A stretch of 63,502 nt of DNA, filler included, from Hausera hauseri (GCA_046269625.1; 11 parts of 11 records of this genome joined end to end with filler, not necessarily neighbours in it); one strand, 5' to 3'. Positions 12,627-24,690 are shown, numbered from the whole stretch's first letter. The notes: a model not told the origin generated them from the letters alone. A program made the numbers and translations.

Positions 12627-13781
12627 TCAAATTTTTGAAAATTTGCCTTTCTTTCTCTTGGGAGATTGGTGCCGAGATGACGGTGTGTCCTTGGCTGGCA
12701 GATTCTTGTGGGTTACAAGTGCCTGCAATGCGCCAATGAGAGTGTCCAGCTGATTTTTCTGGGTCGTTGTGACGGAATGGATATTTTCCGTCAGTGCGGA
12801 TTCTACGGTGCCTTCAGTGCACTTGTATATTTTGTCGGCTTTTGATGCCATATCGTCTAAAGTGGTATCGGGTGGTAATAGCACCAATGCCACTTGAATT
12901 TGATTTGGCAAACTACTTAAGAAGTAGCGCCGTAGTATGTGCTGGTTGGTGTGGAGGTCCAACTCAGCATTGCTCAGGTGTAAGCGTAATTTGTGAAGCA
13001 GGGCAAACGGTTTCATATTCCCTGTCTGTCGCTTGGTGAAGATCAAGTTGAAATAGTCCTGTTGGGATGGCAGATATGCTTTGCATATGGCTGCTTTGAT
13101 TTTGTCGGACGGTTTTTCATCTGACAGTAGCGTGTCCAGATCCGTTATGGCTGCGAGTGTTGTTGGCTGCAGATATTGGATTAGTGTTAAAGCCTTGTTT
13201 AGTTGGCCAGTGATTCTGCATTGAGTAGCCCATGTTTCAAACACATGGAACCACTTCAATGACGTTCCGTCCGAATCTATGAAGAAGGTGGGACATGCTA
13301 ATTTGGGTGGTTTGGCATGTGTTTCAGAAGCAGTTTCTGCTTTTTTGTCAGGCATGTGTTCGTCAACGCCTCCTTTTAGTTTCGGAGTCGCCAGTATGGT
13401 GGTATTGTCAACCAAAATTGTATTAATTGAGCAATTATTCTTGCGAAATAATTTTCCATTATAGGAAAGTGTATGCTTGGGATACTGTTGGTTTAAAACT
13501 TCCGGCATTCCCGACATAGTTAGGGTCGATGGGAAGCGATGAGCTTTCGTCTGAGGCCAGTTATGTACAATGAGTTGTACTTCGTTTGGCGTACAATCGG
13601 TCGATGTTGTTTCACCATGGTAAATTTTGTTGTCTATATTAATCGACTGACGATTGGGTGAATTGTTAAGTAGCGAATTTTCGCTTGGTGTGAGTGGTAT
13701 TTTCGCAAGGTTCGTATAATTGGGTTTGAATTCCGATTTGACAGTGTTGATGTGTGTGTTAGTGCTAGAATATATTGGCAC
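12627..13781 (-). CDS. Gag with N-terminal ubiquitin-like domain (ends LKGG at 13368-13379)
   Basis: Residues 68-138 are VQLIVHNW...LSYNGKLF...TTILATPKLKGG, followed by a CsRN1-type capsid region. Confidence 0.8.
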   Translation of the reverse strand: MPIYSSTNTHINTVKSEFKPNYTNLAKIPLTPSENSLLNNSPNRQSINIDNKIYHGETTSTDCTPNEVQLIVHNWPQTKAHRFPSTLTMSGMPEVLNQQYPKHTLSYNGKLFRKNNCSINTILVDNTTILATPKLKGGVDEHMPDKKAETASETHAKPPKLACPTFFIDSDGTSLKWFHVFETWATQCRITGQLNKALTLIQYLQPTTLAAITDLDTLLSDEKPSDKIKAAICKAYLPSQQDYFNLIFTKRQTGNMKPFALLHKLRLHLSNAELDLHTNQHILRRYFLSSLPNQIQVALVLLPPDTTLDDMASKADKIYKCTEGTVESALTENIHSVTTTQKNQLDTLIGALQALVTHKNLPAKDTPSSRHQSPKRKKGKFSKI

Positions 13782-14239
13782 TTGTTCGATATCACGCGTT
13801 GTAATTTTCTTGTTGCAGTTGCTTTTGGTGATACAACTGTCAGTGGGTATTACGTTATCATGTTTGGTGATGCACGAATGTGTGACCGGATTAATTTCGA
13901 CGGCACTTGTGTGAATTTGAGCCTGATTGCTATCAATGGCTGTGTGAAGTGTTGAGCCGGATTTATTTCAACGGCTGTGTTTGTGTTACAGGGCGTGAAT
14001 GCGGTAACCGCTGCCAACATTTTATAGGTTTCCAATTTACGGATTGATTCCAAAAAATAAAACGGACATTAACTTATTAACGCAGTCGAATAAAACGACT
14101 GAAATACGAACCGCAAGGAAAACAAACAAATAAAAAAAATAATTTTTATTAGTATTTCTACTGCGTCCGCTGAGGCGTACGATTCGTCCGTACTGGATAG
14201 GAACGGTTCCGTTCTGATGAGTCGACGGGGTGGAGCCGG

Positions 14240-14797
14240 CTAATCGTCAGAGACAAAGCTGTACGCCCTGATTCCCCGTGATTCGGAGATTCTTTTGTTC
14301 GGAATCAGCTGGCTCTCGGAAGGAACCAGTGATTCGAACTTCCGGTCGGCCGCCGCCATCAGTCTTATAAAGATTGGTACAAATGCGGAAGAGTCGAACA
14401 GCCGTCGGCTGTCTCCGTCGGCATAGAATCTTCGGAGATGTCCGTGAGGGAGGCAATATGGATCGCCCTCAAACAACCCGGTGAGGTGCCGTACAAAGCG
14501 GCTTCGTTGTGAGAGCTCTCGCACCGTCATATAATCGGAATAAGAACGGTACGGAGCTTGGCGGCTTCTCTGACGATTGGCTCGCCGTGTGGTACGGCTC
14601 CGGTCTTCCGACCGGGTTTGTTTCGTCGAGGCGACGCAGCGGTCGTTGGTATTTTTTCGTTCGTTGAGTGTCGGTTTGGGTACCTTGGCGGCCTCGCGGG
14701 TGATTAAATCGCCGAGTTTAATGGTATCCTGGTCTCGTATCGTCGTCGGATTTGGTTTGGTTCGCTTAGGGATCCGGTAGTTTTGGGCGAGCTGCAT
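14240..14797 (-). CDS. 185-aa Arg-rich, GC-rich ORF of unknown function in the leader/LTR region of gypsy copy B
   Basis: Open frame, same strand as gag, no recognisable motif. Confidence 0.3.
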   Translation of the reverse strand: MQLAQNYRIPKRTKPNPTTIRDQDTIKLGDLITREAAKVPKPTLNERKNTNDRCVASTKQTRSEDRSRTTRRANRQRSRQAPYRSYSDYMTVRELSQRSRFVRHLTGLFEGDPYCLPHGHLRRFYADGDSRRLFDSSAFVPIFIRLMAAADRKFESLVPSESQLIPNKRISESRGIRAYSFVSDD

Positions 14798-14863
14798 ATT
14801 CCTTTCGGAGACGGCGACGTCAGTTGGTGTTGCCTTCGCAGCTTTCGTTTCGCAGCTGTAACT

Positions 14864-15197
14864 GGGAAATTTAAAGACGAGAGCAAGGGCTGCGTTCAGT
14901 ATTAAGAGGGGATTTTCCTACTGCCGAAATCCTATGCTCTCAAAACCCAAACCAAATCAGTCCTCAAATGCAAAGGCATAAATCTCAAACAGACAGACTT
15001 GCAGTTCAGTAACTACCTACAGGCTTATGAAACCTGTTGCGGAACCATGGTAGACCAGGAGCGAATTGGGACTAAAAACCACCAACTTATGACAATCAGT
15101 TCAAAAAAGAAAGCGTTGGATCGGTTCGACGACAAACGCAAATTGATCTTTTAAGAATAAAAGTGTAGCATATGGATATTATTGCACAAACGTGTGA
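14864..15197 (+). pseudogene. C-terminal fragment of Polinton/Maverick (adintovirus-like) protein-primed DNA polymerase B
   Basis: GKFKDESKG...EGIFLLPKSYALK...LKCKGI...FSNYL...IGTKNHQLMTISSKKKALDRFDDKR...VAYGYY follows the pPolB C-terminal motif series (GKFKDE, K.YA, KAKG, KAL..FDDKR, xGHY). It is not in the ORF track. Confidence 0.85.
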
Positions 15198-15796
15198 TTA
15201 TATTTGATGTCAATAAATATTTCATTCTTCACTGTGTTTGGTAATAAGGTTTCTTAATCATTGTAAATACGTTTTGGTATTGTGAACATTTATACTCTTT
15301 GGTGAACATTTATAACACAAAAAGGATAAATACATTTATTAACGAACAAATTTTGATAAAAATATTAAAACTGCACCAGTAAGACTACTACATACAAGTA
15401 AAACATTTCTTTATCTTTTTCTAAATTCGTCTCTAATGTTTGCCATCAATATAGATCGAACAACAAGTTCTACATAGTCTTCTTTTGACAAAAAGTATTC
15501 ATTCGGCAGTTCATTTAGAAATTGGACACAGTCTATTTTCCCACTGCATATTTCATTTGTGAGCTGTTTAATTTCAGCGTCTAAATCTATTTTGTAATTC
15601 TAAGTATATAAATTATTTCGGATAACAAATTTAAAATCACAGCATTTGTCGTACTATTTCTTGAAACAACACCATGCTATTTCCAGGGCCTATATTTATA
15701 CCCGACCACCAAAATTAAAACAAAAGGGGTGGGAATAGTGAAACCCAATCCGCGGCAGAAATCCCTTTGTTCATAACCAAATTTAAACAAATTTTT

Positions 15797-15962
15797 ACGC
15801 GCGAAATTCAAACTTTTACACGTACCTAAATACCGTGCAGGACGCATGATTGTGTGTATCCACTTTGTGACTGTGTGTCTTCCATCTCCGCCCTATTAAC
15901 TGTGTATGTTTATATCGCTTTTTCTATCCCATGACTCATCCGCAAACCACATATTTTCTCCT
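15797..15962 (+). repeat. Dispersed ~170-bp repeat, copy 1
   Basis: Shares GTGTATC(C)ACTT..CCATCT(A/C)CGCCCTATTAA..CATGACTCAT..AACCACAT with 63063-63240 and 30700-30830. Confidence 0.75.
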
Positions 15963-16198
15963 TCCCTGGAGGGGGAGGGGTTTGGCGCAGTGTCCTCACA
16001 TCCTACTATTGTCCTTCTAGATTTTTTCCTCTTCTTCGTCTGGTATAACTACAACTGTATTGCCATACAGTTGTAACTAGTCACCTTTCGCCGGCAAANN
16101 NNNNNNNNNNNNNNNNNNNNNNNNNNNNNNNNNNNNNNNNNNTTAATTAATTAANNNNNNNNNNNNNNNNNNNNNNNNNNNNNNNNNNNNNNNNNNNN

Positions 16199-17200
16199 AC
16201 GCAAAATACCGTGCAATCTAATAGCACTATAGTATTAAATGGTTACAAAACATCGAAAAATATCCATTGTGTTGCAATGCTAGGAAGCCTCCATGTAACA
16301 TTTCAATCCCGTCGAGTGATGTTTGGTAACATTCCGATCAATTTGATCACAACCAGCACAGCTATTCTAATCAACACTGGATCTCATCATGCTTTCTTTA
16401 GAGTTGTGACTGATTTGGTACACGAACAGTTTCCGGGAATGTTGATTTCGCCCTTCAAAGGTTCGGTCCCAGTTGACGGACAAACGGAATTAACGGTCAA
16501 GTACCATCCGAAAACATTAACGAAATTAGACTTTTAGGTTTGAAGGAAATCGAATTGAAAATTAACGGAACTGTTATTATATCCCAAATTGGGATTCCTC
16601 AGAAGCAAATTGAATGCGGTGGGGTTGCTGTCGGTTCAGAGAAAATTGTTTGCTTCGAATTAGTAAATAAATCACCATGTTGAGCTCAAATTGAGTTTGA
16701 TTTTTACAAATTCAAAGATTTTGCTATCTTTCCGAAATGTTTTAAGCAGACTGATCGGAACGAGATGAATTTATATTTGTTTACATTGAAATCATTGGAA
16801 ACTGTTGAATGTCAGTTGGTTTTTACACCTACCGAGGTTGATCTTACGACTTTCCACTTTTGGTCAGCATAAACCAAATAGAAATGACATGTCAAACTCC
16901 AGTTCGAACAGCTAGGAATAATTTCGGCTCTGTCCCCAAAGATTCGTTTAAAACCGCAGTTTCTTTAACATCTGAAAGAAGTACTTCAGAAGATAACAAA
17001 AGCCTAGCTCTTATTGAAACAAATTTAATTCGTCATGTTACCGCTACTGCAACTCGGCAGCTCATCAGTATTTCTAACAGTTTTTTCTCATTCCATTACT
17101 TTGCAATGTCGGAATCAACAATGAATGTGAAGAAACTGCTTATTTTCAACACTATGGAAACGCCAATTAAAGCTAACGTCCGCCATTTGGAAATATGGCA
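16199..17200 (+). pseudogene. CFAP47: Intronless CFAP47-like fragment with stops/frameshifts
   Basis: RRVMFGNIPINL...AILINTGSHHAFF...PGMLISPFKGSVPVDG...FELVNKSPC*AQIEFD...VECQLVFTPTEV..YDFPLLVSIN...RHVTATA follows the CFAP47 motif order as I recall it. Confidence 0.7.
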
Positions 17201-17264
17201 CTGATAAGGACAATTTAAAGAAAATTCCTAAATCTAAATTGGGATCCTTCTATTCGTTAGTCGA

Positions 17265-17360
17265 AAATGAAGAACTCGTTAACAGGAATGCCATGATCGA
17301 ACACCGCAATATATCCGATTACACTCCGTTAAGTTTGGTAGCATCCGGCGGTTACTTTGC
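17265..17360 (+). pseudogene. Short ANKHD1/ANKRD17 (Mask) ankyrin-repeat fragment
   Basis: NAMIEHRNISDYTPLSLVASGGY vs family motif ANKEHRNVSDYTPLSLAASGGY. Confidence 0.8.
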
Positions 17361-17716
17361 TGTCAGTATTCTGCATTTCTTGAGTAGCCAGAATCAGTCG
17401 ACGAGTTCAAAATTCATTACAATTCTTCACAATATTCTCTTAAAGTCTCAGCAACAATCCATTTACCAAAAGAAAGAATCAACATTCGAGAGGCGTCGAC
17501 GAGACCGACATCCACTTGATCAACAAGGATGATCCACTGGGGAAAACACTTCAGATGTGGCCAAATTCGACATCCAGGACTCAGATATTTAAACACAGGT
17601 AAGTAAAGTTCTTTTTACAGATTGATGCCTACCTGTGCGGCTATGTTTTTCCCATCTACGAATTCCTCATAGCTCCCACCATTTTTCACTTTCAAAGGTT
17701 TTTTAGCTTACTATCT

Positions 17717-20172
17717 TTGGACACTCCTTTACTCCAATCGTCACTTGCCACCGCCATGCCGACTGCACGCCCATATATTTTGTTAACACGGAAGCAAACC
17801 GCACAAGCTCCTTTTGCATTTTACCATTCTCCTGGAATTGTTTCGCTGCAACTCTCCTTCCTTATCTTCAATAACAATCAACACATAACGACCATTAAGG
17901 CTACACTCAATTCCACGGCGCAGCTACTATACACCTCTCTATCCTCCTCACTTGACACTGCCAATTTATATTTCACAGATCGAGGTATCACTGTACATCC
18001 CGTCGACTCACTCTTGTCTTTCGTATGCCATGAACATCCAGTCATCCACCTTATGCTTCATTTCTGCCTTCTGGGTGAATCGGATCTAAATCCATCCTGC
18101 TCGGATGACAAATCCACAAATACAGGAAACGTCTGTTGTTTGCTACACTCCCAACAGTCACGAGGTTCGTTAAATTTATCTGGTGTTGAATTCTTCCTCG
18201 ACAAAAACAACTACAGCAAACCATGGCTCCAATTCCACCAACAGTGTCTAAAATCGAACAACATCACAGATTCTTTTGTGCGAGCCAATAGCCTTTTAAT
18301 TCTTCTGCCTGCAAACGTCAAGCAGCAGATTAATAATATCTCCGAGCTGCTATAATCCTCGACACCTTACGAGACACTTTGTGAAGCAGTACTGAATGTC
18401 ACGGATCCTTCGATTGACAACACAATACAAAAGTATTTTAATGACCAGGCAATAGGAAACCAAAAGCCATCCGACTTTCTTTAAACGGCCATTCTGCAGC
18501 TCAGTGCTCTAGGAGTGACCCCTACGAATAACGCGGATTTAATTAGCCGTTATTTCTTATCGTCTTTGCCCACCTCAATCAGAGCCTTACTAACAGTTGT
18601 CGACGAATCCACTGCTATCGAAAAACTGGCAATAATGGCTGACAAATCCTCTGAGATTCTTCATACTAACAGTTCTCTCCCTGTTGCTGCTGCAACCACA
18701 TGTGCTCCAACTACATATACAACATTCTTTACTCAACAATTGCAAATGATGCAGCAACAGTTTGACATGCTACGACAATCGATTTTGGCCACTACTACCC
18801 AACTAAATAATCTTAATGGGCCTCGACGAAGTGAAACCAGACGTTCACGGGAGCGAAGCACTTTAATGCATTCTTCCAGGTCCATTTCACCTGGCGGACG
18901 CATGATTTGTTTCTACCACACACGTTTTCAAAAGGAAGCAAGGAAATGTTTCTTAGGCTGTTGATTCTTTAGTGAGCGATACGCTGTAAATAACCCTATT
19001 TGTATATACCACAACAAATATTTGTCACAGGCCAGATCATGTGTGCCTGGTTGTAGACATTACAACAAAAAATCTCTTAGCTTTTATTCCTCTTCTTCCT
19101 TTCCTCCAAATCCTCCAAAAAACTCATAACGCCGCCAGATTTTACGGCACCTTCTGGCGCAGGCAACATCGCTCAATCTTCTGGCCATTTCAACGCCTCC
19201 TCTGCAGTCTTTCTGTTGAAGGCTGCAATTTTATGCAGTGATATTTCACATATCGACTTCCTTATAGACTCGGGAGCTGCCTTTCCACTCCTTCCGTTGT
19301 CTTTCACCCCTACATCCACTATAACTTCGTGTCCTCCACTTTTCACTGCCAGTGGACAACCGTTGCACGTTGCAGGAACCACGGAATTGACTTTCACATT
19401 TGCCAACTTGCCAAATAGGTTTGTCTGGAAGTTCCACGTGGCCAACATTAAATCTCCCATAATAGGTTCAGATTTTCTTGCCTCACATGATTTATTGGTA
19501 GATTGCAAATACAGCTGTCTTTTCAGCAGAAACTCGACTTCAACTTCAAACATGTGTCTCGCAGATAATCTAGGAAGCAATTTATTGCACTCATCTGGAA
19601 ACATGTTGAACGTTTCGTCATCTATTAAAAACTTCCGATAAAGTCGGTACACCTTCAATTATGAATCACAATCCTATATCTATTCTGAAACATGAATCCA
19701 AATTAAGTGTCGACAGTAGCGATGCTAGTTTCTTTTCGTCAATCACTGGAGCTGTTGTCTCTAATGACATGCCTCAATCATTCTTATCTTTAGATTCCGA
19801 TCTTAGATCATATATCACAACATCATGCTTTCGAATAGTTAAAAGAGACATCAACTACAAGTTCTCGTCCTCAACTTATCATCACATAGTAACAGAGCAT
19901 CAGAGGCCTATCAAACAGAAGTTCAGACCTTTGTCGCCACGCAGATGTAAAGCTGTGGAACAGGAATTTAATGAACTGGAAAAGTCTGGCATCGTTCGGA
20001 GATCGAATTCTCCATGGGTCTCTCCTCTTTATATTGTGATAAAGAAAGATGGAACCTATAGGCCATGTGGCGACTATCGACAATTAAACAATTTAACTAT
20101 TACAGATGCCTATCCACTACCACTCATTAAGGATATTCTTCATAGCCTCAGCAACACCAATACTTATTCTAC
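17717..20172 (+). mobile_element. CsRN1-like Ty3/gypsy element, copy C (Ubl-gag, PR, RT start)
   Basis: Gag 17717-19129 with stops, two CHCC knuckles, protease FLIDSGAAFPLL, RT SNSPWVSPL...YRPCGDYRQLN; close relative of copy A. Confidence 0.92.
19117..19188 (+). promoter_or_regulatory. -1 ribosomal frameshift signal (A AAA AAC plus stem-loop/pseudoknot) at the gag-pol junction; homologues at 8499-8570, 40225-40313 and 12398-12463 (-)
   Basis: The heptamer is in the gag frame just before TAA; the -1 frame is open into the protease; stem CGCCAGA/TCTGGCG with loop ACGGCA. Confidence 0.8.
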
Positions 20173-20312
20173 NNNNNNNNNNNNNNNNNNNNNNNNNNNN
20201 NNNNNNNNNNNNNNNNTTAATTAATTAANNNNNNNNNNNNNNNNNNNNNNNNNNNNNNNNNNNNNNNNNNNNTAATAATATTATCTCTATTGTTATCATC
20301 CACACATTGAAA

Positions 20313-21066
20313 TTAGGATAAAATACACTCAATTTCAGTCGCTTTCTGTGTAACTGCAGCTGCTAAAATCTGAGTATCAGAGGACATATACTGCTTTTGA
20401 CACCTCAAACAGTGCCATTTTAGTTTAACTGATGGGACTGTTATGTTTGCATTCTCCTTGGACACAAATGGAACAAAAGTTGCTCCACTATTAACGATAT
20501 TATTATCGAGATCGATATTATGCCCGAGGCTCTTCATACTTCGTATCCCAAGAATTATACCAGGGCTCAGACCATCTACAAGTAAGAAGTTTCAGGTTTC
20601 CAACGTAGCACCTAATTCAACCATCAGGAACACTTCCGCTCGTACGGTCACTGTAAATCAATCATCGCACTTGATTTTTCTGGATGACTGCCGGGTTTTC
20701 ACCGTTGTCCGAACCTTTCAATTTTTTCATCATGTCTTTGCTGATAGTGTTTTCTTAGGCTCCTGTGTCTAATAAGAATTTTTTGTTGATTCCGTTAATC
20801 CGCTCTTAGCAAACTGGTTTGTTTCGGTTTTTACAGTGTTGGTGCTCTTTTTCTTCACTGGAATTAGATTTTCTTGGTTTCCTGTCGTTACATTCCCTTT
20901 CACTACTTTGGTGCACGACATTTTGGCATTTTAAATGACAAATGCTCGGTTCTACGGTACTTATTCCCGTATCTGTTTCACTTTCATTACTTGATATACT
21001 AGCAGACTCAATCACGTGGGCTGATGTACGTTTTTTTTGACAAAATTTTTCAGTATGCCCAGTCAT
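20313..21066 (-). mobile_element. Decayed gypsy-like gag/protease fragment
   Basis: GHTEKFC (end of Zn knuckle) and the protease C-terminal signature WNFLLVDGLSPGIILGIRSMKSLG; catalytic motif not found. Confidence 0.55.
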
Positions 21067-21164
21067 GGCTCAAAAATAAATAATAATTAAAATTATTATT
21101 TTTAATAAACCGAAAATTTGTTTGAAAATTTGAAATTAATAAATTATATTTTAACTTTTGACAA

Positions 21165-24100
21165 AATGTGCGATAATATGTCAAGTGATACTCCGGATTT
21201 CTATCCTCTGATCTTGCCGGACAAGCCGACCGTAACCGGTGATCAAGCCAGGACCATGGGACCGGGCAATAATAGTTCTCCGGACTATAACGAAAATTCC
21301 CGTAAATACTACGATGCCTCAATTTGGCAATTGTATGGTTCATTTACGGATTAAACAAAACTGTGGCTGGAAGATATGATACACGCTAACAAATTTTTTC
21401 GACGGCCATTTGCGGAGCTATGTGAATTCTTGTTAATGGAACAAACCAGAATTATGTAGACTAGTTTTAAACAAAAAGGGAACCAACCGTCATACAAAGA
21501 GGTCATAATATGGTTTAAAACTACGTTTATGAGGAAGGTGAATCCTTTAGATGAGGTAGTCGAATTGGCCAACATGTTTTAAAAAGAAGGAGAAAAGTTT
21601 TTGACATTTGAGATCAAGGTGCGCCAAGCGATCGGTAAAATTTTTGAGTTAAACAAAGAAGAATTTGTTCAAGAAGTTCTGAGAAAGCGGATCAACTCAA
21701 AGGTGCTAAGAGAGCGGTTTGTTTTAAAACGAAAAATGACCGAAGAAGAAATGAAGGAGGAGGCCAAAATTTTGCAAGATAGCCAAACGGCAGAGGAGTA
21801 CAGAGAAATGGCTCGAGTGAAGGAATCCTTCCGGGATGCGGCAAAGGCTCCCAACAGAAATTTAGCAAAGACACCGTATTTGAAGCCCATGGTATATGAC
21901 AGAACATCGGTCATACACAACAGTGGAACAGAATATCCGAGAAATAAAAGGTTCAAAAAGAGGTCAATGAACAATTTTGCTCAGGAAAAGAAACCACATT
22001 TCAGTTTGATCACAGGTAGGAGAAGACAGGCTCCGACGGACTCTTCGTATCATGAAGCCAGAAAGCTCTACTGCTGCGTGAAAGTTACCAGCGCCGAAAG
22101 AGGAAGTACTATTTAAGTGTGATTGTTTTTGCTGTGGAAAACATGAACACATTAGAAGAAACTGCCCTTTAAACAACTTATGTTTGATATGTGGGAAAAG
22201 TGATCACGGATTTAGAAACTGTTTCAAATTACTACAGGTAAATCCGGTGTATGTGGAAGAGATGTATGAAGACCATGGGAATGAAATTGTGTCCTATGAA
22301 GACGACGGACAGGAAACGTTAAACGCCAGAAACTCTTTTGTGAGCATTTCGTCATTGAAGTTGGCGCGAAAATTTACAAAATAGAGATGCAGCAATGGTA
22401 GTGGGGAAAGACTGATGGTGGTGGAGTAAACTGAAGTTGAACAAGTGTGGAATAGAAATGTTGTTGGATAGTGGATCCACAGTATCAGTTATCAGTGAAA
22501 AGATATGGAAAGCGACAGGACAAACTAGGCTAACTAGGTGCGCTTTAATATTGAGTGGAGCCTTTTCGAAAAGTGATAGATGTTTGGAGGTGGTAGAAGT
22601 CAATGTGGAGCGGGATGCCGAAGTACATGAGATTGAATTAATAGTAGTAAAAGCAATCAGACCGGAAGTTATTGGGGGAATAGATATTTTAAAGGCATTT
22701 GGTGTGAAATTAATGAAAACCGGCGTTAGTGGATCTCGAACGAGAGAGGTAGTAGTGGAGACAACCATGGGAAAACCGGAAATCACGGAGGGTCAATTAT
22801 TGGAAGTTGTAAAACGCTATGATGAGGTGTTTATGAAACATGACTACGATTTAGCGTTTACAGATCTGGTAAAACATAGAATAGAAACTGAGGATAAATA
22901 ATTTTTTTGAATCTTAGAGGTAAAATTGAAGAATTTTTGAAAGACTTGGAGAAAGTGGATATTATTCGGAAATGCAAAGGTGCATGGAATTTGCCTTTAG
23001 TTGTCGCTCAAAAGAAAGTTGGGGGAATTCGAATTTGTTTGGATTTTAGGAAGCTAAATGAAATGTCCAAGAAAATTTCTTTTTCAATGCCGGAAAGTCA
23101 AACCTTATTTGATTTGTCAGGTGGTTCAATACTTTTCTCAAGTACAGACCTTGGTGAAACATATCAAGTCGCGTTGGACGAAGATTCCCAAGAGAAAACA
23201 GCCTTTTGCACGAAATCCCAACAATATTGCTTCAACCGAGTACCATTTCGTCTCTTAACGACCCATAGAACTTTTCAGAGACTGATGAATACACTGTTCG
23301 AAGACTTACTGTTTGCGGATGTTGTCATATTCTTGGATGATGTGCTGATTTACTCGAAGACGATTAGGGAACATTGCAAACTACTAGAAGAGGTGATGAA
23401 AAATTGAAAAATGCAAATCTAAAAGTGAATCCTCAAAAATGTAGATTTGGTGTTTCGGAGTTGATATTTCTCGGATATACCATTAATAATCATGGAATGT
23501 CAACAAATCAACTAAAAGTAAAAGAGATCCAGAATTTTCTAGTACGAAAGTGTACGTGGTCGTTGAGGACCTTTTTAGGTCTGGCCAACTATGCGTCTAA
23601 TGCGGTGCCGTTGCATCAGGCTTGCAAGAGTATTTATGGAGTTGTGGTCAAAAGAATGTGAGGAAACTGTGAAACTGAAGTTGTGTGAAGTGCCAGTATT
23701 ATCTTTCATGGATCCAACGGAGGATTTAATGTTGGATACAGACTCATCGTTTGGTACAATCAGAGCAGTACTCAGCAAGCAAATAGGAAAAAAACAAGAA
23801 CACTTATCTTTTGAGAAAGGCTACTGCGTTGCAAGAAAGGAATTGTTGGCGTTGCAAGAGTTTGTTACATTTTAAACTGTATCTGCATGGTAAGCGCTTT
23901 ACGGCTAGAACTGATCATAAGGTATTGGTCTATATGAAGACTGCTGCCGAACCAGTAACACCACAATTCCAGACGTGGATAGAAAATATAGTAGATTTTA
24001 ATTTTACACCAGAATATAGGAAGGGCGAACAGCATGGAAAAGCAGATGGATTGTCGCGGCTCTATGAGGATATGTGTTCTCAGTGTCAAACAAGACATGC

Positions 24101-24589
24101 TGATCCGAAACATAAAAAAGCATGTGTAAAACATATTAATTTATTATTAGTCAGGTCAACCTTGTAATGGGTAAAAGACGAGCAGGAAAAATGTACAGAA
24201 ATACAACAGGTAAAGTGTCGATTAGACAGCTCAACGGTGGGAAAATACAACTCTTGAAAGAAATACTCAATATGATCGATAAATTGGAATTGACAGACAG
24301 TTTCGTAGTATATAAAGATCAGAACTACAGACTACCAATAATTCCAAAAAATACGCGGAAAGATTTCGTCCGGAAGATACATGTGGATCTGTCATCTAGG
24401 TATGAAAAAGACAAAACGATATATTCAGTATCATTTCGCAGTTCCGGGTCTATCAAAAGAAGTATAAGATATTATTGGAAATGTGAAGAATGCTTACATC
24501 GGAAAACCCTAACAAAAAAGACAAAAGGAAAGTTCATTCCTATTAAGAGTGATAATTTTCTGGACCAATTGGTAATGGATATTGCGTAT
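21165..24589 (+). mobile_element. Decayed Ty3/gypsy element (different lineage): gag, PR, RT, RH, IN start
   Basis: CCHC knuckles (CGKHEHIRRNC, CGKSDHGFRNC), MLLDSGSTVSVIS, IRICLDFRKLN, IFLDDVLIYS, LDTDSS, RTDHK, HGKADGLSR, and the integrase C..C motif. Confidence 0.92.
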
Positions 24590-24690
24590 NNNNNNNNNNN
24601 NNNNNNNNNNNNNNNNNNNNNNNNNNNNNNNNNTTAATTAATTAANNNNNNNNNNNNNNNNNNNNNNNNNNNNNNNNNNNNNNNNNNNNA

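Larger units (their letters stand above)
11828..14863 (-). mobile_element. CsRN1-like Ty3/gypsy element, copy B (5' part: leader, Ubl-gag, protease, RT start)
   Basis: Gag ORF 12627-13781 (WFHVFE...ILRRYFLSSLP...LDDMASKADKI), two CHCC knuckles, protease FLIDTGVALSLIP, RT start HFLVTSCDRPIRQPRR. It abuts a Polinton fragment at ~14863. Confidence 0.88.

Noticed and set aside
14214-14260. CTGATGA, a possible hammerhead ribozyme core
   Set aside because: No correctly placed GAAA or stems I/III.
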